Below, one piece after another: positions 8,876 to 17,268 of a DNA stretch of 35,340 bases (the stretch's first letter is position 1; every line of letters begins with the position of its first letter). The notes under the pieces were generated by a model, which worked only from the letters and a program-made list of their open reading frames with translations, was not told the DNA's origin and made no database searches. This DNA is from an uncultured Ignavibacteriaceae bacterium (GTDB lineage Bacteria > Bacteroidota > Ignavibacteria > Ignavibacteriales > Ignavibacteriaceae). Location of the stretch: assembly GCA_964411625.1 (NCBI GenBank), contig CAYPMQ010000001.1, positions 1-35,340 of the forward strand. The letters run 5' to 3'. Made by a program: the position numbers and the translations under genes.

Positions 8876-11800
8876 TTACTGTAATTCAAACGAGAATCTT
8901 AAACCCCAGTAAATATCTCTTGGGCTTAAAAATGCAGTATAACCTAAGTTTGGCATATCAATATATGATTTGTTTCTTCTCCACTCGGCTTTCTGCTCTT
9001 CGCTCGCATTTTCATCCCAGGGAATATAAGGACCGGTTCTGATATCTCCGGGTTTATCGTCGCCGGTGATATTTCCGTAACCGAATTTATTAAATTCTGA
9101 AGGTAAATGAAGCGATTTCATATATGCATCGTAGTCTCTTGAATCAACAAAGCCGGCTCTGTAATCCAGATATTTGATATTAAAGACGTTATAGACGTCC
9201 ATAAAGAATTCAAAATTTGCCGGGCCCACTTTGAATGATTTTGATAATCTTATGTCTACGTTGAAGAAATCAGACCACTGGATATTATTCTGATATCCTG
9301 GTGCTGTTCCTCCGGGACCTGTCCATGAAAAGTAATCACCTGCACTCCATGTGGCCAGAACGTTAAGTCTGATATCTTCCAGTAAAGCATAATTGCCCAC
9401 TTTAGGACCAAATCCCTTAGGAGTGAAGAAGTCAACGTTTGCTCTTGCATACGGCTGAGGAACGGGTTTGGTCTGCTCAAATAATGCAGTGTTTCTTTCC
9501 TGTTCTCTCTGGAGAGCAGGGTTCTCATAATATCTCGGAAGCCCGAAATATCCGAAAGAAGTAACCATATAGGTGTAATTGATAAAACCGGTTACCCAGT
9601 CGCCTCTGCTCTTTGTAAAAGTGATTTCAAACCCTCTGATATCTCTGTAGAGATTAGGTTCCGGTCTGAGATAGTCAACTGAATTGTCACGGTTTGTGTA
9701 CTGTACCAGTCTTGTTTCGTTTGTAATGTCTTTGTAATATCCTGCAATCCTTACAAGGTACATATCCGCGAGGTTATGTTCGTATCCAAGCTCGTATGCA
9801 ACTGTTTTGGGGAGTGGATTATTGGGATCTGCTATGCGCACGATCTGATTGTTAACCTGACTTCTTCTTAAAAGGAATAACTGTTCAGGTGTTGGCATTG
9901 ATCTGAAATGACCATAGTTGAAGTAAAGTTTACTGTTAACTGTGATCGGGAATGCAACGCCGAGTCTCGGGCTGAGATCAATGAGTTTTTCAGTGGCCTC
10001 TTTAGCAAGCAGCTGGTCGATTTTAAGTGAGTTCGCTCCTGAAAATGCCTTGTTGTAAGGATCATAAACATACCATTCACTGTTTGCATCAGAATAATCA
10101 ACTCTTAAACCCAGGTTGGCTATCATACCTTCAAACTCAAGCTTTGCCTGTCCGTAGAGGGCTCCCCTCATCGGGAATGTATGCCATACTGACCAAGTGT
10201 TGCTGGTTGGGAGTGAAGGTTCAACAAGTGCGTAATTAACGTTATTGTCTGTATAGATGACTTCAAAGCCTGCTTTGATACCGAGGTATTTATTAAGCTG
10301 GCTTGTGTAGTCAAATCTTCCTGAATATGTGGCAACTTTTGAACTGTCCCTTGAGTTTGAGAAACCGAGACCCATGTTCATGGCTGAGCCGACACCGCTT
10401 GAGAATCCTGAATAGTAACCGTAAGGCGATTCATCAAAGAAGTTGTTTCCGAATTTATAAATTTTTGAAGTGTTTCTTGCCGCGCCCGGATTGGTGCTGT
10501 ATTCAGAACCAACCATGTTCAGCTGAATTTCATAGAATGTTGCCGGTGAAAGAACGTGTGTGAACTTTGCGCCGAACATTCTTCTGTCAATTGAGCTGGG
10601 TGCCCAGTAATCTGTTGAAAATAATCTCGCATCTGTAAAGTTTGCACCTGATCTTATGTCAACGTTTGATGCAATTCCTGAAGCTGATCTGAAAAGACCG
10701 GGCCCGCCTGCACGGCTTGAGTTTGTACCGGTCTGTTTACCCATAAGACCTTCAACCGTAAATTTCATTCCTGTTGCAATATCGCTTGTGAGTTTTACGT
10801 GACCGCTCCACTCTCTGTAAGCATCATCTGAGAGGGGGAAAAGATACACATCTCTCACCTGTCTGTATGATGCAAGGAATCTGAGGTCACCAAGCTGTTT
10901 GCTGATTCCCGGCACAGGTCCGCTGATGCTCATATCCATGTCATAATCCGAGAGTTTAATTCCGGTTTCACGTCTGTGCTGCCATAAGAATAGCTGCTGT
11001 GCGGCTTCGGGGGTGAGGTCATTTGTTGGATCTGCGTCTGAAAGAGACTGCTCTGAAATCTTGTTCCACCCTACAAATTCCTGATATTGCGCCTGAGTGA
11101 ATGCATCCCATGCGCCGCTCTTTGTTCCTGTCCAGGCAACTGCGGGATCCACATAAGGTCTTATCCAGTATGAATTAAAATCGTTAGGACTGTCTCCGAA
11201 ATTTTTTGGGGCTGCTGGTCTAAGTCTTCCCAGAAATGAAATGGTGTACTTATCTCTTTTACCTTCAGAGGTAACCACGTTGATAAGACCTGAACGTATA
11301 TTTCCGTACTCGGCGTTGAAACCGCCTGTCTGAATCTGGATTTCTTCAACCGATGTAAACGAGATACCCGTGTAAGGTGTGTTGTCTCTTTCATCCCTAA
11401 AGGTGATACCATTAATCATAAATGCAGTCTGGTCGCTTCCGCCGCCTCTTACCGAGAGATCCTGAACGCCGGCCTGCAAACCTACAACCGCGGTAACGCT
11501 TACCACGGGCAGGTTCTGAACAGCTTCGATATTCAGGTTAACTGTACTGGCAGAAACGTCTTTCTGCACAATAGGCTGTTCAGCAACAACCACTACTTCC
11601 TGAGTCGTAAAAGTTTCGTCCTGAAGTGTGAATTCCAGTTCCGTTGTCTGGTTTATATTAACTCTTACTTCCTTTATAACTTTAGGAGCATAGCCGATAA
11701 ATGATGCCTTAACGGAGTATGTGCCCGGCGGAACGTTGAGGATAACGTAATATCCCTCAAGATCAGCTGCTGCTCCAAGAGATGTACCCTCAATGAGGAT

Positions 11801-11929
11801 ATTTGTTCCCGGCAGTGGTTCTCCCGTCTTTGCATCTATTACCATTCCGGCTATTTTACCGGTCTGTGCAAAGGAATATGAAGCTAATAAAACAAACAAT
11901 AGGAAAAATTTTGTATAACTATACCTCAT
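8876..11929 (-). CDS. TonB-dependent outer-membrane receptor with an N-terminal carboxypeptidase-regulatory-like domain (SusC-like architecture)
   Basis: Signal peptide, then a CarboxypepD_reg-like segment (GKIAGMVIDAKTGEPLPGTNILIEGTSLGAAADLEGYYVILNVPPGTYSVKASFIGY). Plug motifs follow (VRGGGSDQTAFMINGI, EEIQIQTGGFNAEYGN), then an ~800-aa beta-barrel. An AGGAG RBS precedes the start. Confidence 0.9.
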   Translation of the reverse strand: MRYSYTKFFLLFVLLASYSFAQTGKIAGMVIDAKTGEPLPGTNILIEGTSLGAAADLEGYYVILNVPPGTYSVKASFIGYAPKVIKEVRVNINQTTELEFTLQDETFTTQEVVVVAEQPIVQKDVSASTVNLNIEAVQNLPVVSVTAVVGLQAGVQDLSVRGGGSDQTAFMINGITFRDERDNTPYTGISFTSVEEIQIQTGGFNAEYGNIRSGLINVVTSEGKRDKYTISFLGRLRPAAPKNFGDSPNDFNSYWIRPYVDPAVAWTGTKSGAWDAFTQAQYQEFVGWNKISEQSLSDADPTNDLTPEAAQQLFLWQHRRETGIKLSDYDMDMSISGPVPGISKQLGDLRFLASYRQVRDVYLFPLSDDAYREWSGHVKLTSDIATGMKFTVEGLMGKQTGTNSSRAGGPGLFRSASGIASNVDIRSGANFTDARLFSTDYWAPSSIDRRMFGAKFTHVLSPATFYEIQLNMVGSEYSTNPGAARNTSKIYKFGNNFFDESPYGYYSGFSSGVGSAMNMGLGFSNSRDSSKVATYSGRFDYTSQLNKYLGIKAGFEVIYTDNNVNYALVEPSLPTSNTWSVWHTFPMRGALYGQAKLEFEGMIANLGLRVDYSDANSEWYVYDPYNKAFSGANSLKIDQLLAKEATEKLIDLSPRLGVAFPITVNSKLYFNYGHFRSMPTPEQLFLLRRSQVNNQIVRIADPNNPLPKTVAYELGYEHNLADMYLVRIAGYYKDITNETRLVQYTNRDNSVDYLRPEPNLYRDIRGFEITFTKSRGDWVTGFINYTYMVTSFGYFGLPRYYENPALQREQERNTALFEQTKPVPQPYARANVDFFTPKGFGPKVGNYALLEDIRLNVLATWSAGDYFSWTGPGGTAPGYQNNIQWSDFFNVDIRLSKSFKVGPANFEFFMDVYNVFNIKYLDYRAGFVDSRDYDAYMKSLHLPSEFNKFGYGNITGDDKPGDIRTGPYIPWDENASEEQKAEWRRNKSYIDMPNLGYTAFLSPRDIYWGLRFSFELQ

Positions 11930-12095
11930 AAATATCTCCTGTGTATTGCTTTATTGTTTCGGAGGTGTGAAAATACGAATTGAAGAATGCATGTAGAAAT
12001 AACTGCAGCATAATAATAAACTTACTTACTTTAAAAAAACCGCACATAATATTAGTTAATTTTTCTGCGATTTTCAAATTCATTTAACAGTAAAT

Positions 12096-12143
12096 TTCCC
12101 TGCTTTCTCTCGCTCAGATAGCAGGGAATTTTAATTTTTTTTA
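12096..12143. terminator. Stem-loop with a flanking T-tract between the DPP-IV gene and the TonB-receptor gene
   Basis: A 9-bp perfect stem (TTCCCTGCT at 12096-12104, AGCAGGGAA at 12120-12128) with a 15-nt loop is followed on the plus strand by TTTTAATTTTTTTT. The U-tract is weaker in the minus-strand orientation that the flanking genes would need, so its function is uncertain. Confidence 0.35.
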
Positions 12144-12198
12144 TGTAACGTCAAAATAACGAAATTTTTAATGTTATAATCAACCGATTTACGAATCT

Positions 12199-14445
12199 TT
12201 ATTCATTATTTAACATTTCACTGACAAGAAAAGAATAAATACTGTTGAAAATGTGTCTCGTGGTGTTTTTGCCTTCAAAAATTCCGTGTGAACGGTTGGG
12301 ATATGTAAGCATACTGAAGTACTTGTCATGTTTGACCAGTTCGTTTATCAGCACTTCAGTATTCTGGTAATGAACATTGTCATCTCCGGTACCATGTATC
12401 AGAAGGAGCTTTCCTTTTAATCCCTCAGCAAAATTTACCGGTGAACAAACTTTATATGCCTCGGGACTTTCCTGCGGAAGTCCCATGTACCTTTCCTCAT
12501 AAATTGTATCATATAGCCTGAGGTCACTAACCGGTGCAACAGAGCAGCCAATTTTGTACTGACCGGGATATCTGAAAAGCATGTTTAGTGTCATTGAACC
12601 TCCCCCGCTCCAGCCCCAGATTCCAATCTTTTCAGGATCCATATAAGGTCTTTCTTTTAATAACTGTTCGAGAGCCTCACTCTGGTCCTGAGAAGAAATG
12701 ACACCAATTTTCTGATAAATTGATTTTCTCCATTTTTTTCCTTTTGGAGCCGGAGTTCCTCTTCCGTCAAGGCTCATAACTATCATTCCCTTATTCGCAA
12801 GAGCGAGATGAAACAGATAGTAAAAGCCCTGGTAGTTATCAGTTACTGTCTGTGCTCCCGGTTCGCCGTATATGTAAAAAAGCACGGGATACTTTTTGGC
12901 AGGATTAAAATCCGGCGGGTAAATCACCCATCCGTCAACATCAACGCCGGATTTGGTACGCACTGTAAACATTTCGGGAGCATGATTAGGTACCTGCTCA
13001 AGTTTTTTAACGGCAGCCTCACTGTTATTCAGCTCCTTTAATTTCCTGTTTTCTTGCATGTCAATAAGATTTGTCACTGCAGGATAACCCTGTCTTGAAT
13101 ATGTCTCTATCGCAAGCCTGAAATCCGGACTGATGTTATAACTTGCCATTCCTTTTATCTCGCGTGATGTAAGTCTTTCGGCAGGTTTTCTTCCTTTAAG
13201 GCTGCATCTGTACAGATATTTCTGAGTTGCATTTTCCGGAGAGGCATAAAAATATGCGTACCCACCCTTTATATCAACAGAATTAAAATCAATTACATCA
13301 AAAGGCTCGCTGAATAACGGAGTGACGTTTTTCTTTGATGATGATACTTTGTACAATCTCCTCCAGCCGTCTTCCTCACTCATCCAGAGGAATGAATCGT
13401 CATCAAGCCAGGTGAAAACGTCATTCACATCGATCCAGGTGTTTTCCTTTTCTTCTTTTATGACATCAGATTTACCGCTCTGATAGTTCCACGAGATAAT
13501 CTTCAGATGATTCTGAAGTCTGTTGAGATACTGAAATACGACCTCTTTTGATCCGGGCTTCCACTCCATTCTCGCAATGTAATTATTTCTGGGGTCACCC
13601 TGGTCAGGCATCATTGTTATTTTGCCCGATTCAACTTCAACCACTCCCAGACGGCACGCAGAATTTGTTCCACCTGCTTTGGGGTACTGAACAGGAATTG
13701 TGTAAGAGTAGATTGAATCTGTATTATTGATCATCAAAAATTCACGGACTCCCGATGCATCAAGTTTCCAAAAAGCAATTTTTTTTCCGTCATCACTCCA
13801 TCTGAATCCGTCTCTGAGCCCGAATTCCTCTTCATAAACCCAGTCAAATGTTCCGTTTATTATAGTAACGGAGCCGTCATCAGTGAGTTGTTTCTTTTCC
13901 CCGGTTAACAGCTCTTCAATGTAAATGTTATTTTTTGAAACATAGGCAATAAACTTTTCATCAGGTGAGAATTTTGCAAACATCATTGATGATGAAGGCA
14001 GACCCTCTCCGCATTTTTTAAGTATTCCATTCTGAATATCATAGAGATAATAATCACCTCTCGTATTTTGTCTCCAGACCCTTTCCGAATTAGTGAAAAT
14101 AAGTACTTTATTCCTGTCACCTGTGAGTGTATACTCCTCTATATAAAGCGGTTCACCACCGTTTTTTTCCTTCAGAAGTGCCGCAGAAAGGAATACAGTC
14201 TTTTCACCGCTGATTGCGTCGGTAATTGTAATTTCAGGGTAACCTGCAACCTCTTTAGACATCTCGGTTCTGAAGTACTTCCCCGGTTCGGTGGCCCACA
14301 CCACCCTTCCGAACGGTCTTGAGGAAAAATACCCCGAAAAAATCTTGTCAATTGTAACAGAGGCAGAATCGTTCTGTGCAAGAACGGTAATGCTGATGAG
14401 AAAAACAGCAGCAGCGGTTCTTCTGAAATATCTGATTATATTCAT
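12199..14445 (-). CDS. Dipeptidyl-peptidase IV (S9B family serine peptidase)
   Basis: 748 aa with a signal peptide. An N-terminal DPPIV beta-propeller region is followed by an alpha/beta hydrolase domain. The catalytic triad context is GIWGWSGGGSM (Ser), HGTGDDNVH (Asp) and YPNRSHGI (His). Confidence 0.9.
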   Translation of the reverse strand: MNIIRYFRRTAAAVFLISITVLAQNDSASVTIDKIFSGYFSSRPFGRVVWATEPGKYFRTEMSKEVAGYPEITITDAISGEKTVFLSAALLKEKNGGEPLYIEEYTLTGDRNKVLIFTNSERVWRQNTRGDYYLYDIQNGILKKCGEGLPSSSMMFAKFSPDEKFIAYVSKNNIYIEELLTGEKKQLTDDGSVTIINGTFDWVYEEEFGLRDGFRWSDDGKKIAFWKLDASGVREFLMINNTDSIYSYTIPVQYPKAGGTNSACRLGVVEVESGKITMMPDQGDPRNNYIARMEWKPGSKEVVFQYLNRLQNHLKIISWNYQSGKSDVIKEEKENTWIDVNDVFTWLDDDSFLWMSEEDGWRRLYKVSSSKKNVTPLFSEPFDVIDFNSVDIKGGYAYFYASPENATQKYLYRCSLKGRKPAERLTSREIKGMASYNISPDFRLAIETYSRQGYPAVTNLIDMQENRKLKELNNSEAAVKKLEQVPNHAPEMFTVRTKSGVDVDGWVIYPPDFNPAKKYPVLFYIYGEPGAQTVTDNYQGFYYLFHLALANKGMIVMSLDGRGTPAPKGKKWRKSIYQKIGVISSQDQSEALEQLLKERPYMDPEKIGIWGWSGGGSMTLNMLFRYPGQYKIGCSVAPVSDLRLYDTIYEERYMGLPQESPEAYKVCSPVNFAEGLKGKLLLIHGTGDDNVHYQNTEVLINELVKHDKYFSMLTYPNRSHGIFEGKNTTRHIFNSIYSFLVSEMLNNE

Positions 14446-14459
14446 TACAGGTTTCCTTA

Positions 14460-14987
14460 TTATTTAACTGCGGATTTCAGTTCTTCCATTGTAAAAAGCG
14501 GATTCAGTTTAAGCCCCTCTGTGCCAAGTTTTTCATGAGCACTTTCTTCTCTGAGAATCACACAAATCACGTCTGATGTCACTGCTCCCCCTCTGCGGAG
14601 ATCTTCGGTGCTGAGAATTATCTGACCGCCCGTGGTAACAACATCCTCAACTATGCATACCTTTTTCCCTGAAAAATCATTTCCTTCGGCAACCTTTCTT
14701 GTTCCGTATTCTTTTGCTTTTTTACGGACGAGAACGGAAGGGATTCCGGTTTTCAGTGAGAGTACCGTTGCCAGCGGAATACCACCCATTTCCAACCCCG
14801 CAAGAATTTCGGTTCCCTCAGGTATAAGATCTTTCATGTGATCCCCTATGGCATCAAGAAGCTTTGGATCGGTTTCAAAACGGTATTTATCAAAGTATTC
14901 ATTAGAAATCTTACCTGAACGGAGTAAAAATTCTCCCGTCAGATGAGCTGATTTAAAGATTTGTACGGCAAGTTCATTTCTGTCCAT
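14460..14987 (-). CDS. pyrE: Orotate phosphoribosyltransferase
   Basis: 175 aa. PRPP-binding motif KVCIVEDVVTTGG, with family-typical FLLRSGKISNEYFDKY near the N-terminus. Confidence 0.9.
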   Translation of the reverse strand: MDRNELAVQIFKSAHLTGEFLLRSGKISNEYFDKYRFETDPKLLDAIGDHMKDLIPEGTEILAGLEMGGIPLATVLSLKTGIPSVLVRKKAKEYGTRKVAEGNDFSGKKVCIVEDVVTTGGQIILSTEDLRRGGAVTSDVICVILREESAHEKLGTEGLKLNPLFTMEELKSAVK

Positions 14988-15281
14988 TTAATAGGGCTTT
15001 CCATTTAATAAAATACACAGGGGAAATTTAATAAAAATTTATCCTCCTTCTCCATTTTTATAATCTTTTTAAAATATATCCTTTCATATGTAATTTTTTT
15101 TATTTATTTTTAATTTCAAACTATTACTTTTTGTTAAAGTTTTTAATCATTAATGATCAACAGGGTTTAAGCGGCTCCTCACCGTCATTCAACGCTGAAC
15201 TCCTATCTGAACTGCAAATATAACCGGGCAGAGATATTTTACCCGGAACGATTGAATTAATAAAAATTGCAAAGGTGATTA

Positions 15282-16304
15282 ATGAAGTCATATTTATTTC
15301 CGAGTGTTCTTGAAAAACACGGCGAGGAATTAAAAAATGTTTTTGATGAATTAATCAAGGGCATGAAAATTTATCATGATGATGAAGCCTATCTTGTTGG
15401 GGATATAGCACTTGTTGAGGGTACTTCTCCTCACAGAGTTGTCAATAGTTCTCCGCTCGAGAGTGATTACAGAATACTTTCAAAGGCTGCTGTCTTACTT
15501 GCATCCTCTCAGATTAATAAACCGCTGAATATAACAGTCGGTTTTCCTTACAGTACCTACAATGCCAACCGCGGACTTGCTGTGGATTTTTTCAAAGGAA
15601 GACACGATATCTATTATGATTTATTTGCCTTTGAAAAAAACTTTACAAAAAAAGTTGAAGTTGAAATTGAATCAGTTGATGTGATTCCGGAAATCCTGGG
15701 ATGCAGTTTTGCCGTCAGGAATCACTTTAACAGTCCGGATAACTGTTTCGTAGTTAATCTCGGTTACGGTACATTTGAAGCATGTCTTACTAATAATTAT
15801 GGTCTCGTTGACAGAACGGTTATTTCAACCAATGGAATTAAATATGCCGTTGAAGACTGCATGAAGGAGCTGAACAAGAAATACTATCTCGGCCTGCGCA
15901 CTTCACATAAATTTGATACTTATTTCCAGCGCGGCTCAATAATGGTCAACAGAAGGCACCTTGATTTTTCCGAAATCAAGATGGATTCACTTAAGAAATA
16001 TTACAATGAAGTGATTTCACCCGCAATAAGAAATACATGGACTGATGATGATTTTGACCGTACACGCAAGCTGTATCTGGCCGGCGGAGGATCAAACTTC
16101 CAGGAAATAGTAAAATTTTTCCAGGAAGAATTCAACGGAATTCTCGATGTTGAAGTTATTCCTGAACCTCACCTTTCTGTCTCAAAAGGGTACTATCTGA
16201 GATCACTGAAATTAACTAATGATAAAGAAACTGCCGTTGGCATTGACATAGGAAATGCACAAACAGTTGTCACCTATGGTTTACCGCATTACATGCAAAT
16301 GTAA
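15282..16304 (+). CDS. ParM/StbA-like actin-fold ATPase (bacterial actin-like protein) with the phosphate-1 motif at the C-terminus
   Basis: 340 aa. It aligns by eye along ParM-R1. FPSVL corresponds to ISPNSF, AYLVGDIA to the subdomain IB hairpin, ITVGFPYSTY to VCTLPLTEY, and VDVIPEILG to VKVMPESIP. The phosphate-2 motif is FVVNLGYGTFE (aa 156-166), the adenosine motif is LYLAGGGSNF (aa 264-273) and connect-2 is VSKGYY. The phosphate-1-like AVGIDIGNAQTVVTYG occurs at aa 318-333. A TGA at 15276-15278 blocks any N-terminal extension, and an AAGGTGA RBS precedes the start. Confidence 0.7.
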   Translation: MKSYLFPSVLEKHGEELKNVFDELIKGMKIYHDDEAYLVGDIALVEGTSPHRVVNSSPLESDYRILSKAAVLLASSQINKPLNITVGFPYSTYNANRGLAVDFFKGRHDIYYDLFAFEKNFTKKVEVEIESVDVIPEILGCSFAVRNHFNSPDNCFVVNLGYGTFEACLTNNYGLVDRTVISTNGIKYAVEDCMKELNKKYYLGLRTSHKFDTYFQRGSIMVNRRHLDFSEIKMDSLKKYYNEVISPAIRNTWTDDDFDRTRKLYLAGGGSNFQEIVKFFQEEFNGILDVEVIPEPHLSVSKGYYLRSLKLTNDKETAVGIDIGNAQTVVTYGLPHYMQM

Positions 16305-16363
16305 TTTAAATTACGGGGAATGTAAAAAGCTCCCGGTATTAATTTGTCTGAGGATCAAAAAAG

Positions 16364-16954
16364 ATGATGTTTGTTAAGGATAAAGAGAAAGTCAGGAAAC
16401 CAGGACAAAGCGAGTCTGAAATAACCTACATTAACGATGAAGTTCAGATTATCGGTTGTTTTGCAGTACCTCACAATCTCGTCCTTTTAGGTAATATAAA
16501 AGGGGATGTTGTTGTTAAAGGTGATCTTATTATTGGCAAATCTGCTGCAATAATCGGAAATGTTTACTGCAAATCCGCCACCATAGACGGAATCTTAAAC
16601 GGTAATATCACTTGTGAGAAAAAGCTGACTGTAAATGAAGGCGGTCAGATTCTTGGTGATATCACTGCTGAAGATTTCCTGAGTTACGGCAAAGTTAACA
16701 TTGCCGGCAAGATAAATATCAGCAACAACGGTACATACATATCAGAAAACTATGAAAATCTGGTTTCAAAAATGCTTAATGATGCTAAATCAGGTAAAAG
16801 TGAAAACAGGAAATCCGGCGCTGATGAAAAGAATTTCGCTTACGAATCACATAACCTAAATAATGGCAGTTCAGTATTTTATGCTTCGGAAATTCCTGCA
16901 TCCTCTGCCGACGGGAATTCAGCTGATGCCCGGAAATCCAATCCCTGGGCCTGA
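16364..16954 (+). CDS. Bactofilin (polymer-forming cytoskeletal protein, DUF583/CcmA family)
   Basis: 196 aa. The core shows the repetitive beta-helix pattern of bactofilins (LGNIKGDVVVKGDLIIGKSAAIIGNVYCKSATIDGILNGNITCEKKLTVNEGGQILGDITA). It is flanked by low-complexity, probably disordered N- and C-terminal tails. It starts 59 nt downstream of the actin-like gene on the same strand. Confidence 0.85.
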   Translation: MMFVKDKEKVRKPGQSESEITYINDEVQIIGCFAVPHNLVLLGNIKGDVVVKGDLIIGKSAAIIGNVYCKSATIDGILNGNITCEKKLTVNEGGQILGDITAEDFLSYGKVNIAGKINISNNGTYISENYENLVSKMLNDAKSGKSENRKSGADEKNFAYESHNLNNGSSVFYASEIPASSADGNSADARKSNPWA

Positions 16955-16992
16955 TCAGGAATTAGTCTCCCTAAAGAGAAAACTTATAAATT

Positions 16993-17247
16993 TTATGGAA
17001 CAGGATCATATCCGCTGCCTCCCCAAGGGTGGCAGCGTGATATGCGCTTAATTCCAAGCCAGCCCCCCTTAAGGATTCCATACTTTTTCATTGCTTCAAT
17101 AGAATAATGTGAACATGTAGGAGTATAACGGCATGAGGGTGGAAACAACGGTGAAATAAATATTTGATACATTCTGATCAACATGATCAGAGGAACAGCA
17201 AGCAGCTTCATCAGTCTGATAAAAAACTTCATATTACCCGCCGGCAC
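16993..17247 (-). CDS. yidD: Membrane protein insertion efficiency factor YidD
   Basis: Signature [49 protein letters not shown]. Confidence 0.9.
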   Translation of the reverse strand: MPAGNMKFFIRLMKLLAVPLIMLIRMYQIFISPLFPPSCRYTPTCSHYSIEAMKKYGILKGGWLGIKRISRCHPWGGSGYDPVP

Positions 17248-17268
17248 CTGTTTACTCTATCGTTAGTT

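Noticed and set aside
16863-17051. A 62-aa plus-strand ORF spans the bactofilin 3' end and the yidD 3' end.
   Set aside because: It lies in an alternate frame of the bactofilin tail and antisense to yidD, with no independent support.
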